From: Eledone cirrhosa
Lineage: Eukaryota
Length of the DNA stretch: 64,000 nucleotides
Assembly (NCBI GenBank): GCA_964016885.1
Contig: OZ024740.1
Span: 345,774,001-345,838,000, forward strand
Reading direction: 5' to 3'
Shown piece after piece: positions 1 through 13,491 of the stretch. The first letter of the stretch is position 1. Every line of letters starts with the position of its first letter. A model generated the notes under the pieces. That model saw only the letters and a list, made by a program, of their open reading frames with translations. It made no database searches and had not been told where the DNA came from. Made by a program: the position numbers and the translations under genes.

Positions 1-27
1 TACGTATATATATATATATATATATAC

Positions 28-84
<57 letters not shown>

Positions 85-207
85 AGGTGAGTTTTATTGT
101 AGTACAATAAAGCAATGCAGATATCGGATAAGAAGCACTCTACCGTTTGTAGGACTGGAGTATACATAATATATAAGATCAAAAGATGGTTAAAGGAGTT
201 CCATGTA

Positions 208-274
208 TTTTATTATGCGCATTTCAAAAACAAACATCATCATGCAATAATATTTGTGTTTTCATCAGATAAAA
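208..274 (-). ncRNA. Minimal type I hammerhead ribozyme (family A)
   Basis: Reverse complement of 399-465, with an intact core. Confidence 0.8.
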
Positions 275-398
275 CAGGAGAACATGATATGAAGGCTAAA
301 AAACACTTGTGGATAGTGCAGTTTTAAATCAACATATATGTTGATTTAAAACTGCACTATCCACAAGTGTTTTTTAGCCTTCATATCATGTTCTCCTG

Positions 399-465
399 TT
401 TTATCTGATGAAAACACAAATATTATTGCATGATGATGTTTGTTTTTGAAATGCGCATAATAAAA
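399..465 (+). ncRNA. Minimal type I hammerhead ribozyme (family A)
   Basis: TTTTAT-CTGATGA(405-411)-stem II (CAAATATTAT/ATGATGTTTG)-GAAA(448-451)-palindromic TGCGCA-TA^-ATAAAA; predicted cleavage after 459. Confidence 0.85.
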
Positions 466-526
466 TACATGGAACTCCATTAAACATCTTTTGATCTTAT
501 ATATTATATATATATTCACGTACACC

Positions 527-645
<119 letters not shown>

Positions 646-1105
646 CTGTTATATGCTGGTCATATAATCAACATTGTCGATACATTTTCTCATGATCCTA
701 GTAATTATAAGAGAATAACTATACAATGAAGATTATATGAGGGATAGTGAGGCCTTCTCAACTGAGACACATGAATAATAGTAATACATAAGAACATCAA
801 AATTAATAATTTTACACAGAATTTTAATTACATTTGTTGCTAGAAAGTTCTATAGCAATGTGATACTGAAGAAGAAGCAATGGAAGTATTTTTCAAACTG
901 TAAATCATGGAACGAAACAAGGCATACGATAGGGGAAAGACGAAAACGCAGTAAAGAAATGGCACATAAAGTATGGAAAAAATGGTCAATTACAGTGTGG
1001 ATACAGAATGGTATGATTAGAGTGATTTAAAAAAGTAAATGAACAGGAAAGACAATGGTATAGATTAAGAAGTAAATAGAACGATTGAACGAATGAACGC
1101 GCATG

Positions 1106-1152
<47 letters not shown>

Positions 1153-1155
<3 letters not shown>

Positions 1156-1335
1156 GATATTAACAAATGGGAACTATATTTATAAAACCATATTTATTTC
1201 ATTATACATATGGTGTGCTTTCATCAGATAAAATATAATATAGAGCAGTTTTATAAATAAATATTGAGATACCCTTAAAGAATGCAACCATTACTGTTGG
1301 AAGCTCCCGGATAGTGGAGTTATAACTTTAATTAA
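1153..1335 (-). mobile_element. Family B remnant; HHR inactivated by deletion of the 3' half of stem II and GAAA
   Basis: Aligns by eye to 10908-11060 and 44016-44170. Minus strand reads CTGATGAAAGCACACCATATGTATAATGAAA, lacking about 20 nt of the core. Confidence 0.7.
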
Positions 1336-1337
1336 TA

Positions 1338-1388
<51 letters not shown>

Positions 1389-1390
<2 letters not shown>

Positions 1391-1520
1391 AAGGCGGGTA
1401 AAATTCCCGAGATCCATGGACGAGTTCTCTCCAGCGGTCTCTGTCCCTCATTATCGCTGCCATGTCCTGCGTCTCCAACAGACCAGTGTCTGTCCTTAGG
1501 GCATCAACATACGTTAACCT
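1389..1520 (-). mobile_element. Short 3' fragment of the RTE-like LINE at 15307-18405
   Basis: Near-identical reverse complement of ~18274-18405, ending at the ORF stop codon next to (TA)n. Confidence 0.9.
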
Positions 1521-2099
1521 AATATATATATATAGAGAGAGAGGGAGAGAGAGAGAGAGAGAGAGAGATCTGTAGTGTTTGTTCTGTATTGAGTTTCGTA
1601 GTCCTATTTAACTCACCAGTGGTTGATCAGTTACATGATATGTAACTAATGACGCAATTGAACACCAATTGCGATATGCATTTATATGTGTCAGTATTGG
1701 AATACACCTGAATATATATGAAGAAAAGAGCTCTTTTGTTCAGTATGGACGTAATTTACAAATTCCACTGACAAACGACAAATCAAGTACCAAAATGTCA
1801 AATTTTATGACACATGGATACGAAAGTTATAGTGATAATTCAAGTATATTTAGACTAAATGACAATCCTACTAGAAGAATCCAAGTTCTATATTCCATCA
1901 GAATATATTCCAAATGTTAAGCGAAATTATTACCCGAACAACAATTTCAGACAGGACCAGCCACAATTCAAAGATCGTACATGATTACTATAGAAGACTG
2001 CATAAAAAGCAGAAAATATCGATTGATGCAGAATCACCATTGGAATGAGAGACGTGGAAAATAATTATTTTCAACTCTGTTAACAGAACTCAAACTGAG

Positions 2100-2190
2100 A
2101 AACCGCAGAATATTATCTACAAAAACAATCTTAAAACGTTACAGATTCAAATGCCCTGAAAAGGATTAACATTTACCCCGACACCACAGT
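2100..2190 (+). pseudogene. Decayed Penelope-like ORF N-terminal motif
   Basis: With one frameshift reads LKTLQIQ..LK-GLTFTPTP, resembling the L.KGL.F.P motif upstream of the PLE RT. Confidence 0.4.
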
Positions 2191-2578
2191 GGACTTACCT
2201 TTTTGAAATACTCTTACGCTTCACATAATTATTTAACAAGCACGTCAATGACGAATCAATTGTACCAATTAAAATGTTGCAACACATCAAATATAGGCAT
2301 ATATCATTTGATACATTTTGAGGTTTTATATCTACTTTCACATGTAATGAAATAACGAAACCCAATAATAATAACTACATCCCAAATAAAGAAACAGATA
2401 AGTGAATTCCTGTAGTGGTTATTAATATTGAACACTAACACGCTGCATTTATTATCCCTACAATAAAACACCGCCTATTATTCAAAACGTTTTCAAAATT
2501 TCAGCTGTTCGTCAATAAATTTAGCGTATGCTATTAAATCTGAATAATATAACGGTTTCTTATATACGCACAATTTGG

Positions 2579-2800
2579 GGGAGGGGAGTCGATCAAATCG
2601 ACCCCAGTGCGTGACCGGTACTTTATTTTATGGACCCCGTAAGGATGAAAGGTAAAGTTAACCTCGGCAGGATTTGAACTCAGATCATAAAGGGCTGTAA
2701 CACTATGCTGCAAAGCATGGCGTCCGACCTTCTACCAATACTGCCAATCCAGCCTCTACCGATACTGCCAATCCAGCCTCTACCGATACTGCCAATCCAA
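2579..2800 (-). mobile_element. tRNA-derived SINE with triplicated 24-bp 5' end
   Basis: Reverse complement of the SINE at 3841-4019; unit TCTACCGATACTGCCAATCCAGCC occurs three times at ~2732-2800. Confidence 0.85.
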
Positions 2801-2807
2801 TAATATA

Positions 2808-2878
2808 ACTGTTTCTACTCTAGGCACAAGGCCAGAAATAACCCAGAGCATTACTGGTACTTTATTTTATCGACCCCA
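2808..2878 (-). mobile_element. SINE 3' fragment
   Basis: TGTTTCTACTCTAGGCACAAGGCC...GGTACTTTATTTTATCGACCCC is the reverse complement of the SINE 3' half. Confidence 0.8.
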
Positions 2879-2884
2879 TAAACG

Positions 2885-3412
2885 GGCCTTATTCAGCATT
2901 CGGTAATCAGAAGAAGGGAGATAGGTGAAAAAGCCAAACTCGGTATTCATGCCAGGCCTTAAATAATGTCGCGAATCTTGTGTAATGCCCGAAGGAATCC
3001 GATCGCGATTTCACACGGTCTAAATGGAGTCCCTCCGAATGGTCTATGAAGTAACTTTACTCGATAGAGAGAGTAGCTTGAAGATATGAGAGTAATTACA
3101 GGTAGGATCACAGCTTTTTCGAATTGAGAACTCACAGCTTCGCTACTACGGGTATGTAGTTAGAATATCCCAGGAAGAGATCGCTGGAGCGATATTCTGG
3201 ACAAAATCAACCGGCAGGAAACCCTCGGGTAGACTTCACGCAAAAAAGCTGGATAACATCCATCAGCTTGCCAGGTCTCGCCTGAGGATCCAACCGGATC
3301 ATTTGTAGACGGTTGTTTCTAACAGGACACGCTGGAAAGAGTGCTTGAGGACTCTGCACCCACAGCCCTCTCAGAAATAAGTTAGTGAAGAAGAAGAAGA
3401 AGAAGAAGAAGA
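2885..3412 (+). mobile_element. RTE-clade LINE 3' end with (GAA)n tail
   Basis: Decayed frame RIENSQLRYYGYVVRISQEEIA..TGRKPSGR..LDNIHQLARSRL, typical of the RTE C-terminus, followed by a (GAA)n tail. Confidence 0.75.
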
Positions 3413-3840
3413 ATATACACGTACATACACTCAGGCATACATATAGATTTCATTTAGCTGCTTCAGTCTTTTCCTCATGAATATACCTATTATAATGAAA
3501 GATCAAGGTGGAAAAGTATTGATTCATGCTCGAACAGTTTGAAATATGTGTTAACCTTCACAAATATGCATAAAACGTCGCTAATCAAAATCAGGTCCAA
3601 TTTTTTTTTTTGTTCTAACTGACTAGATAATTTTTCGTTTTTACACCAAAACAATTTCTGCAAAGTTGAGATATATGGATGTAATTCTTAAGTAACTATT
3701 ACCGAGCATGTGAAATTTAGCAATATAAAACAGGGATGCGCACCCCACTATGTGGATTTCAGCTCTCAAACTATGACGAGTAGACAAAAGATAATCATAT
3801 CACTTCGGAAATATGATATATGTCACACCATTATTTATAT

Positions 3841-4019
3841 GGATTGGCAGTATCGGTAGAGGGTCAGACACCATGCTTTCCAGCATAGTTACGTCCCTTT
3901 ACGATCTGAGTTCAAATCCCGCCGAGGTTGACTTTGCCTTTCATCCTTACGAGGTCGATAAAATAAAGTACCAGTAATGCACTGGGATAATTGATGGCCT
4001 TGTGCCAAAAGTAGAAACA
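3841..4019 (+). mobile_element. Full-length tRNA-derived SINE (octopus-type)
   Basis: A-box TGGCAGTATCGG, B-box GAGTTCAAATCC, central GAGGTTGACTTTGCCTTTCATCC; 11-bp TSD ATTATTTATAT (3830-3840, 4020-4030). Confidence 0.9.
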
Positions 4020-4342
4020 ATTATTTATATTCCAAAAAAGTCCAAAATTAAATAAATACATACATAGACACCCACAGGAATGTAATTAATTAATTTAGCC
4101 ACTAAGTAAAAAAGATAGGTCAACGTTTCGGATTGCAGTCTGTCGTTAGTAATAAATGAAACGAGAAAAAATAGTAAGTATGAAAAAAAAAAAAAAAAAA
4201 AAGAATATTTGGTTTCTCCTGTTACAAATGTCTTATCCATTCGACTGTTTTAACTTACGATACAAATTCACAAACGGACATATAGATACACACGCACACA
4301 CGCATGCACACTCAGAAATACACGCGCATTCACACACGCGCG

Positions 4343-4380
<38 letters not shown>

Positions 4381-4476
4381 TCTCTCCCCTCTCTCTCTGC
4401 TACGTTTCTTGTAATTTTATATATATATATAAATTATATATATTGCATACACACATTTATATATATATGTATAGAT

Positions 4477-4557
<81 letters not shown>

Positions 4558-4559
<2 letters not shown>

Positions 4560-4611
4560 AAAAAGTTCAACCCCGACGGTAGAGCTCAAGCCGTTTCTAC
4601 GGCTATATTTA
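4558..4611 (-). mobile_element. Family C remnant in (TA)n (3' half of an HHR-like motif)
   Basis: Minus strand GAAACGGCTTGAGCTCTACCGTC^GGGG; homologous to 5652-5771 and 26227-26352. Confidence 0.6.
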
Positions 4612-5248
4612 TATATATAAATGGTTGTATATACACCTGCTAGACCTTCCTCAATTGACACAAGACAAATGAAAAAAAAAAAAAAAATTAATGTAAAATG
4701 AAGAAAATATAAAATAAACAAAAACATATCTCCTGGCGCTAAGGAAGAAAAGAACACACAAATTAAAATAGAACGCAAACAAACGACAAAGGAAAACAAT
4801 ATTTTTTTGTCCATTTGAAAACCTGGGGGTATACATGGCTCAACAGCTGGACAAGCAAAATCCTAACCAATTTCGAAAGAAAAGAAGTTTGAAGAGAGAA
4901 TGGTTTACATGAGTTGTGAGAAATCGCGACTCTTCACCACCACCACCACAACTTACTACACCATTTGTCATCTTTACCTTACTTCCGTTACTTGTAATCT
5001 CATATTTCTCAATTTCAGTAAGCTTTAATCTAGATCTATGCCTGTGTATATGTGTGTGTGTGTTTGTGTAAGTCTCTCTCTCCCCTCTCCTTGTGTGTGT
5101 GATCTGTGTGTGTATTTAGTGTGTTGTCTACGTTGCGTCTATATATATATCGCGTACGTCTTCGTTTGTGAATAAGCATGTTATTGTAAATAGGTACAAT
5201 TGTACATGTTAAGTATGCAAATACGTTTGCTTATGGCACTGATTTTGT

Positions 5249-5325
<77 letters not shown>

Positions 5326-5330
<5 letters not shown>

Positions 5331-5437
5331 TAATAAAAACAATGAATAAGAACAAAGAACAAGTTTCCTATATTAAAAAATTAAAAAAATGTTTAATGTA
5401 AGGAACTTGTTTTTATTCATTGTTTTTATTAATTTAT
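5326..5437. repeat. Imperfect AT-rich palindrome adjacent to (TA)n
   Basis: TAAATTAATAAAAACAATGAATAA...AACAAGTTTCC pairs with GGAACTTGTT..TTATTCATTGTTTTTATTAATTTA. Confidence 0.7.
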
Positions 5438-5583
5438 CTTGACTCTGTTTTCCTGTGATTTTCATCGAAAAATGTTTGAATGCATGCTCTCTTTTCATGA
5501 TATTTGGATTACATTGAGTTCTTCATACAGATTGGACACTACCGTATATTTTGGTAGATTTATCTACACACACACACACACAC

Positions 5584-5628
<45 letters not shown>

Positions 5629-5651
5629 TACATATATGTATATATATATAT

Positions 5652-5771
5652 AGGACAATGTTTGACCCCGACGACAGAGCTCAAGCCGTTTCGACAGCTA
5701 TTTCTGGACTATTACCCACTCTACTTCCCTAAGTATTGAATACTCTGGTGCGTTATGGTCCATCTGGTTGC
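5652..5771. mobile_element. Family C copy in (TA)n
   Basis: Contains the same two blocks as 26148-26286 but in a different order and orientation. Confidence 0.7.
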
Positions 5772-5789
5772 ATATATATATATATATTA

Positions 5790-5909
5790 TTATACATACA
5801 CAAAAGAGGCGTATTTGAATATGTACAATATCATGCATACACAAAACCATTGACACACAAATACATACATTTTTGTACAGTTGTTACTATCTAGATTCAC
5901 ATATACTAT

Positions 5910-5979
<70 letters not shown>

Positions 5980-6103
5980 ATATAATATAATAGTATATGT
6001 GAATCTGTAACAACTGTACAAATATGTATGTATTTGTGCGTCCATGGTTTTGTGTATGCATGATATTGTACATATTAAAATACGCCTCTTTTGTGTATGT
6101 ATA
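5790..6103. repeat. ~125-bp inverted repeat flanking a (TA)n tract
   Basis: 5790-5915 is the reverse complement of ~5985-6103 (e.g. CATACACAAAAGAGGCGTATTT / AAATACGCCTCTTTTGTGTATG). Confidence 0.85.
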
Positions 6104-6491
6104 AGAATATAAGCGTGAGATTGTAGATAGATTCTAGTTCTATTCTTGTGCATGTGTGTATATGCTATTTCGTGAATACAGTTATGGATGGTAATGATTA
6201 TTAATACAAATCAATGGTGTTTGACCGTCTAGTTGCTTCCGTACTTGTATATTTGTGTTTGACCGTTCGTACATGCAGTATTATAAGACAGAGCATTTAC
6301 GTATGTTTATGTGTACATGTGTACATTTATTTACGTATAAATCTGAGTACTTTAATGCGTGATTCAATGTGTAACGGAAAAATGATAATATATATTCTGA
6401 TACGTACATGTGTGTGCGTGTATATATATACATATACATATATATATATACACACACACACACACGCACACACACACATACATACACACAC

Positions 6492-6527
<36 letters not shown>

Positions 6528-7253
6528 TGTGTATATGTATATATATATATATGCGATACGATACCTCTGTATCTTTTTTTGCCATTGACTATTTTGGGTA
6601 TGTTTATTTTTGTTGTTGTTCACTCCGACCACCCCTAACGGTGTTCTTCAAAAGAACACTAACTCGCGCAAAAGTCCACCCCGTGGTGGCCTTCAAGCTA
6701 GCCCTGTACGAATTGCATGGATAAGTAACTCACGTTACTCTTGTCCGCCTCTTCTACTCGTTTGCAAAGGTGTCAGATCTGTCAGCACGTCATTCTTCAA
6801 TCATGAGAAAAAATAAAGTGTTGTGTGGGGAGATGAAAATGAACCACGAGTGAAGTCTTGAATAGTCAAGTATTAAATATCCTCCCGGACATATTGTGTT
6901 CACCTACCACCCGACGGCACATCAGGGAAATTACTATATATTTCTCTCTGTGTCTATGATGCCGTGTCTTTGTATGAAAGAAACTTTAATTTATATTTTT
7001 ATTTTATTTTCATAAGCCACACCGGTCCATAGAGTCTGTGTGTTAGAGTCCGGTTTCTGTAGTTTTAAGTAAATTAGAAATTAATCTCTTTCTGGATAAA
7101 AAACATCACACATACGCAAAACTCCCGTATACACATAGCCAAACCCTAAATACCAGAATGTGTAAAAATTATACGCCATAACAGTCAAATATACGTACGA
7201 GAATAGAGAGGTTGAAGCCCTCTTTGGATTTTAGTCTTCAATTTTATTATTAT

Positions 7254-7293
<40 letters not shown>

Positions 7294-7298
<5 letters not shown>

Positions 7299-7726
7299 GA
7301 ATTGGTGCTCTGAAATAGTGATATATATATAAATGTATATATAGTGTATTTTGCAATACACTGTATGCTTAATTAAAAGCATTTTGAAGACCTTACGCTA
7401 TTGTTTTAAAGTAGTGACAGTGCTATTTCAGAGCACCAATTCTAATTTTCAATTTTTGCTGGACGGGCAACCGATCTGTATAATCAGTTCCTGATTATTA
7501 CTGGAATTCTATAAGAATCCAGCATTCATAATTTTCAGCAAACAGGAGGAGTAGTGAGTTTTGATATGTACCAACAAGTACGAAACAGAGCTCTGTCAGC
7601 TTAACTCCCCTTGTTTGCTGAAAATAAAAGTAAGTTGCACTGTCAATACTTTAAAACAATAGCGCAAGGTCTTCAAAATGCTTTTAATTAAGCATACAGT
7701 GTATTGAAAAATACATTATATATACA

Positions 7727-7735
<9 letters not shown>
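7294..7735. mobile_element. Family G element with nested inversions, in (TA)n
   Basis: Inverted pairs 7294-7318/7423-7447 and ~7329-7423/7637-7732; internal long stem 7531-7625. Confidence 0.7.
7556..7602 (+). ncRNA. Degenerate hammerhead ribozyme (family G)
   Basis: GAGTT-TTGATAT(mutated core)-GTAC caacaa GTAC-GAAA-CAGAGCTCTG(palindrome)-TC^-AGCTT. Confidence 0.6.
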
Positions 7736-7791
<56 letters not shown>

Positions 7792-9226
7792 TGGAAATAC
7801 ACTGAATCATATATAAATTCTAATTATTCACATCTTTTAATCACCAAAAAGGACAATCGTGAGCTTTAATTAATACCGCTTAACATATTAGATGTTCCAT
7901 CATAAATTCCATTATTCAACATCCGAGGTTTTAACCTACATTTCGTGCATATATAATTATTGCCTTCTTGCAACAACTTTCGTCTTACTGATTAGACATG
8001 TGATAAAAGGCATTCTAGTTTTGATGAGCAAAGTTTATATCGAACAATATTATTCATCATGTCCACTCATCATGTCCACCATTTAATACAGTATGTTGTG
8101 ATTTGAGGGGAATTTGGCTGATCATTATTGCAGATCGCCTAACGAAGTAGAGATTCACAATTTTGTTCCATTGCATATGAGGTGAATTAAGTAAATTAGA
8201 ACACATCATCATGAAACTATGCTCTCGGTCATATTTGTCATGCACTTCAGTTTAAACCAAACAATTTTTTAACTTTTTACTGGTTTCATGATAGGGCATC
8301 ACATTTAATTCGGTGATCATATTGCATACATGACTAAATATGGTACTTAGTTTATCAATCTTTTTTTTTTTCGAACTGCTGAATAACGGGACACAAACGC
8401 AGGTACGCAAAAAACGCAAACGCAAATGCATACAGGTTTATATAGATAACATCTTCACACACATATGCACACGCATTCACAGAAAGACATACATGCACAC
8501 ATAAACATATGAATATATATCCAAACATGAGAAGGCAAGATTCCAATATCTTCCTTTAAAGTTGTTCAATTGCATAATACTTATCTTTATGGCCCGTTTA
8601 GTTTATCAGGACATGACGCCACGTCATCAGATGTAATGAATATAAAAGATTAAAACAGTTTTAGTTTACTATTGCCTACTTGGTTACACCAAAATATAAA
8701 CAAAGAATTGATACAACGAGGGACTATATATGTCATCTGGACATCCTGTCTACTCTTTCAAACGGGACCGGAACCTGCACAAATGTCAGGCTCAGTTCTT
8801 TTACACCTAGATACACACAACATTACATGTTCCATGTTACTGTTAAATTGCAACAGGTTACATTTAACCAGAACTTTACCATCCTGCAAAATACCAAGGC
8901 CAAAAATATGTATGGTTAATTGCTTCTTAAAACTTGACATAAATGGCCTTGCATTAAATTATAGTAGGGAGAAAAATAAAAAAACGATCGGAAGCTTATG
9001 GATCTATCTAGGAATATTTGTCTGGATGTGAGTTGAAATAGAAACGATTTTCATCAGACCGTTACATTAACTCTCTTGTTGATGTTCACTACAATCTCAC
9101 TGTTTGTGATTCCATGTTTCATGGCACGCCCTATAATCTATTCTTGGAACAATCGTTAATTTTCTATTTAGGGACGACCAGAATTTACAGCTACATTTCT
9201 CTCTCTCTGTGTCTCTGACTCTCTGA

Positions 9227-9315
<89 letters not shown>

Positions 9316-9547
9316 TATATGTGTATATATATATATATATATCTACGTGTATGTGCGTGTGTGTGTGAGTGTGTGCGCTCGTGTGCGCGCGTGTGCGCGT
9401 GTGTATGTATATATATATGAATATATATATATATATATATATATTATACATGTAAGCTATCCTCGTATTTTGCCTAAAGATATTAAAGAAATTATTTAGC
9501 CTGATAGTGGAGTTGAGGACCCTCGGAGAAACGGAAAAAGATGAGTA

Positions 9548-9620
9548 TTGTCGTACATGCGAGTCGAACCCACATCTTTGGTTATCCAGACCACTGTGAT
9601 ACCATTTACACCAAACAGTT
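9548..9620 (-). mobile_element. tRNA-like head (pseudo-tRNA or second SINE family) inside a (TA)n-flanked island
   Basis: Minus strand TGGTGTAAATGG (A-box), stem-loop TGGT-CTGGATA-ACCA, GGTTCGACTC (B-box). Confidence 0.55.
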
Positions 9621-9623
9621 GGC

Positions 9624-10913
<1,290 letters not shown>

Positions 10914-10953
10914 ATTAAATAAATGGAAAACTATATTTATAAAACCATATTAA

Positions 10954-11015
10954 TTTCATTAAATATATTTCGGGGATATCATATTAACAATATGCTATGC
11001 CTTCATCAGACAAAA
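10954..11015 (-). ncRNA. Minimal hammerhead ribozyme (family B), stem III point mutant
   Basis: Reverse complement of 11183-11244, with TATATT instead of palindromic TATATA. Confidence 0.65.
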
Positions 11016-11182
11016 TACAATATAAACAGTTTTATAGATAAATATATTTGACATACCGTAATAAACATCAACTTCATTTGAAGAGGTTTACGCTAGCAGT
11101 CCTAGCGTAAACCTCTTCAAATGAAGTTGATGTTTATTACGGTATGTCGAATATATTTATCTATAAAACTGTTTATATTGTA

Positions 11183-11244
11183 TTTTGTCTGATGAAGGCA
11201 TAGCATATTGTTAATATGATATCCCCGAAATATATATAATGAAA
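11183..11244 (+). ncRNA. Minimal type I hammerhead ribozyme (family B)
   Basis: TTTTGT-CTGATGA(11189-11195)-stem II (CATATT/AATATG with GG/CC base)-GAAA(11227-11230)-TATATA-TA^-ATGAAA. Confidence 0.75.
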
Positions 11245-11374
11245 TAAATATGGTTTTATAAATATAGTTTTCCATTTATTTAATATTGTAAATATACTCC
11301 AAATATTTGTCGAGTGCTTTTATATCAGTTATAAATATTTACTAGTTGTAACCCAACAATTTTAAATATAACTT

Positions 11375-11463
<89 letters not shown>

Positions 11464-11466
11464 TTG

Positions 11467-12363
11467 ATCGGATATTTCCAAAATGCGAATGAAACCTCTG
11501 GGGTAGAAACATAATTTTGGTATGCTTATATACATTTTTTCTTCTAACTTTCATTTTATACCTAATTGTGTATGGTTGACGATATATTTAATTGATTTCC
11601 ACGTGCTATTATAAATGTTGTGTAAATGTTCTATAGTTGTTGATCGCGAATAGATAACTGTAGTTTATTTAGTTATTATTTCTTCATAGGTGCCTTTTAA
11701 TCTTATAGACTTGTTTAATTCATTTTTTATGTTGTTGATTATTTAATTAATTAATTCCCCATTGAGCCACATCGTGAATGGTCGCAAAAAACACACATAT
11801 ATATATATATACGACTTTGTCTAGTTTGGGTATATGTAAAACTTTATATTTGATAATCTCCCATATGGTTGAGATGCAATTTAGGCAGTATTTCGCTGCA
11901 CTTTCTAGCAAAAAGCCCACTCGCTGCCCCCCCCCCCCCCCCATCTCATTCTTTTCGACTTGACCACCGCTACGTCCCAGTTCTTAGCCATTTTGAATTC
12001 GTTTCTGGCGGGGATCATTTAAGAAAAATCTTCGTCCAAATGAGTTTGTTTCCTAATGATTGCGAAACTCGTGAATTTATCCTTCATCGGATATTTCCAA
12101 AATGCGAATGAAAGCTCATGGGGTAAAAACATAATTTTGGTATGATTATATACATTTTTTCTTCTAGCTTTGATTTTATACCTAATTGTGTATGGTTGAC
12201 GATATATTTAATTGATTTCCACGTGCCATTAGAAATGGTGGGTAAATATTCTATAGTTGTTGATCGCGAATAGATAGCTGTAGTTTATTTATCTATTATT
12301 TCTTCATAGGTGCCTTTTAATCTTATAGCCTTGTTTAATTGAGTTTTTTATGTGGTTGATTAT
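11467..12363. repeat. ~277-bp diverged direct duplication (11467-11742 and 12086-12363)
   Basis: Both copies start ATCGGATATTTCCAAAATGCGAATGAAA and align throughout; the block is flanked by (TA)n. Confidence 0.85.
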
Positions 12364-12564
12364 GCTGATTGTGAGAGGAGATAGTGTATATATTTTATGA
12401 AATGATTCTATGGACATACTTTATTGTATATATATATATATATATATTTATTAAAATAACAGATTAATAAATAAATATTTGCTCTACGGTTCTTATATAT
12501 TTGATATATATTTATCCTTATCGAGCCCTCTTTGGATTTTAGTCTTCAAATTTATTATTATTAC

Positions 12565-12681
<117 letters not shown>

Positions 12682-12793
12682 ATATATAAGAATTTAGCTT
12701 CGAACATGAATGAACATTTAGAAAGATATAACTATGCCAAAACACAGGCAGCTAACGTCACCTAGTGCTGTAGGAGAAGCCAGGGGTTCAAAC

Positions 12794-12830
12794 TTTGATG
12801 CATTTCGAACTCGACTGGTCTCGTCAGGAC
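12794..12830 (-). ncRNA. Hammerhead ribozyme (family D); intact core, weak stems
   Basis: Minus strand GTC-CTGACGA-GACCAGTCGAGTTC-GAAA-TGCA-TC^. Confidence 0.6.
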
Positions 12831-13009
12831 AAACAATCTCTCCCGCTTTTGCGACTGCTGGAATTTGAAAACAGGCAAGAATATATAGTTTTCTCGGCTG
12901 TGCAAATGAGGTGATTGATCTCATTTGGATATGAAGCTGCATAAGGTGGCTCAACTTATAATATGTTCTCGCCTGGTTTCAAAGTACAGCAATTGCAAAA
13001 GCGGGAGAG

Positions 13010-13053
13010 ATCTTCCTGACGAGGACCAGTCGAGTTTGCAATACATCGACGAT
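13010..13053 (+). ncRNA. Hammerhead ribozyme (family D); GAAA mutated to GCAA
   Basis: ATCTTC-CTGACGA-GGAC cagtcga GTTT-GCAA-TACA-TC-GACGAT. Confidence 0.55.
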
Positions 13054-13329
13054 TGTGCTCCTTGCTTCTCCTGCACACTGCTAAGTGGCGCTAGGTGCCA
13101 ATGTTTTTTCATTGTTACGGCTTTCTAAATGTTTATTTATAAACATACCGTATTTCTTTAGAAATACGAAATTCAAATACATATTTGCATATTTGTATGT
13201 TCGAAGCTAAATCCTAATTCTATTCTATTATAAGTTGAGCCAAATTATACAGATTCATATGCAAATAAAATTAATGACTTCATTTACATAGACTGCTTTC
13301 AAAGTCCGACAGTTGCAAGAGCGGCAGAG

Positions 13330-13373
13330 ATCGTCCTGACGAGGAGCAGTTGAGTTCGAAATGCACCGACGAT
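13330..13373 (+). ncRNA. Hammerhead ribozyme (family D); UH mutated to CC
   Basis: ATCGTC-CTGACGA-GGAG cagttga GTTC-GAAA-TGCA-CC-GACGAT, with a perfect 6-bp stem I. Confidence 0.6.
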
Positions 13374-13491
13374 TGTCCCCCCGGCTTCTGCTGGACACCG
13401 CTAGGTGGCGTTAGCTACCATTGTTATTCATAGCTACAGCTTTCTAAATGTTTATATATAAACATACCGTATTTCTTTAGTAATACGAAAT

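Larger units (their letters stand above)
82..506. mobile_element. Family A foldback element (PLE pseudo-LTR-like, HHR-bearing) between (TA)n tracts
   Basis: Near-perfect palindrome with arms ~167-336 and 337-506 and no spacer (centre AACATA|TATGTT), plus a one-sided tail at 82-166. Same family at 14744-15306 and 43623-43783. Confidence 0.8.
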
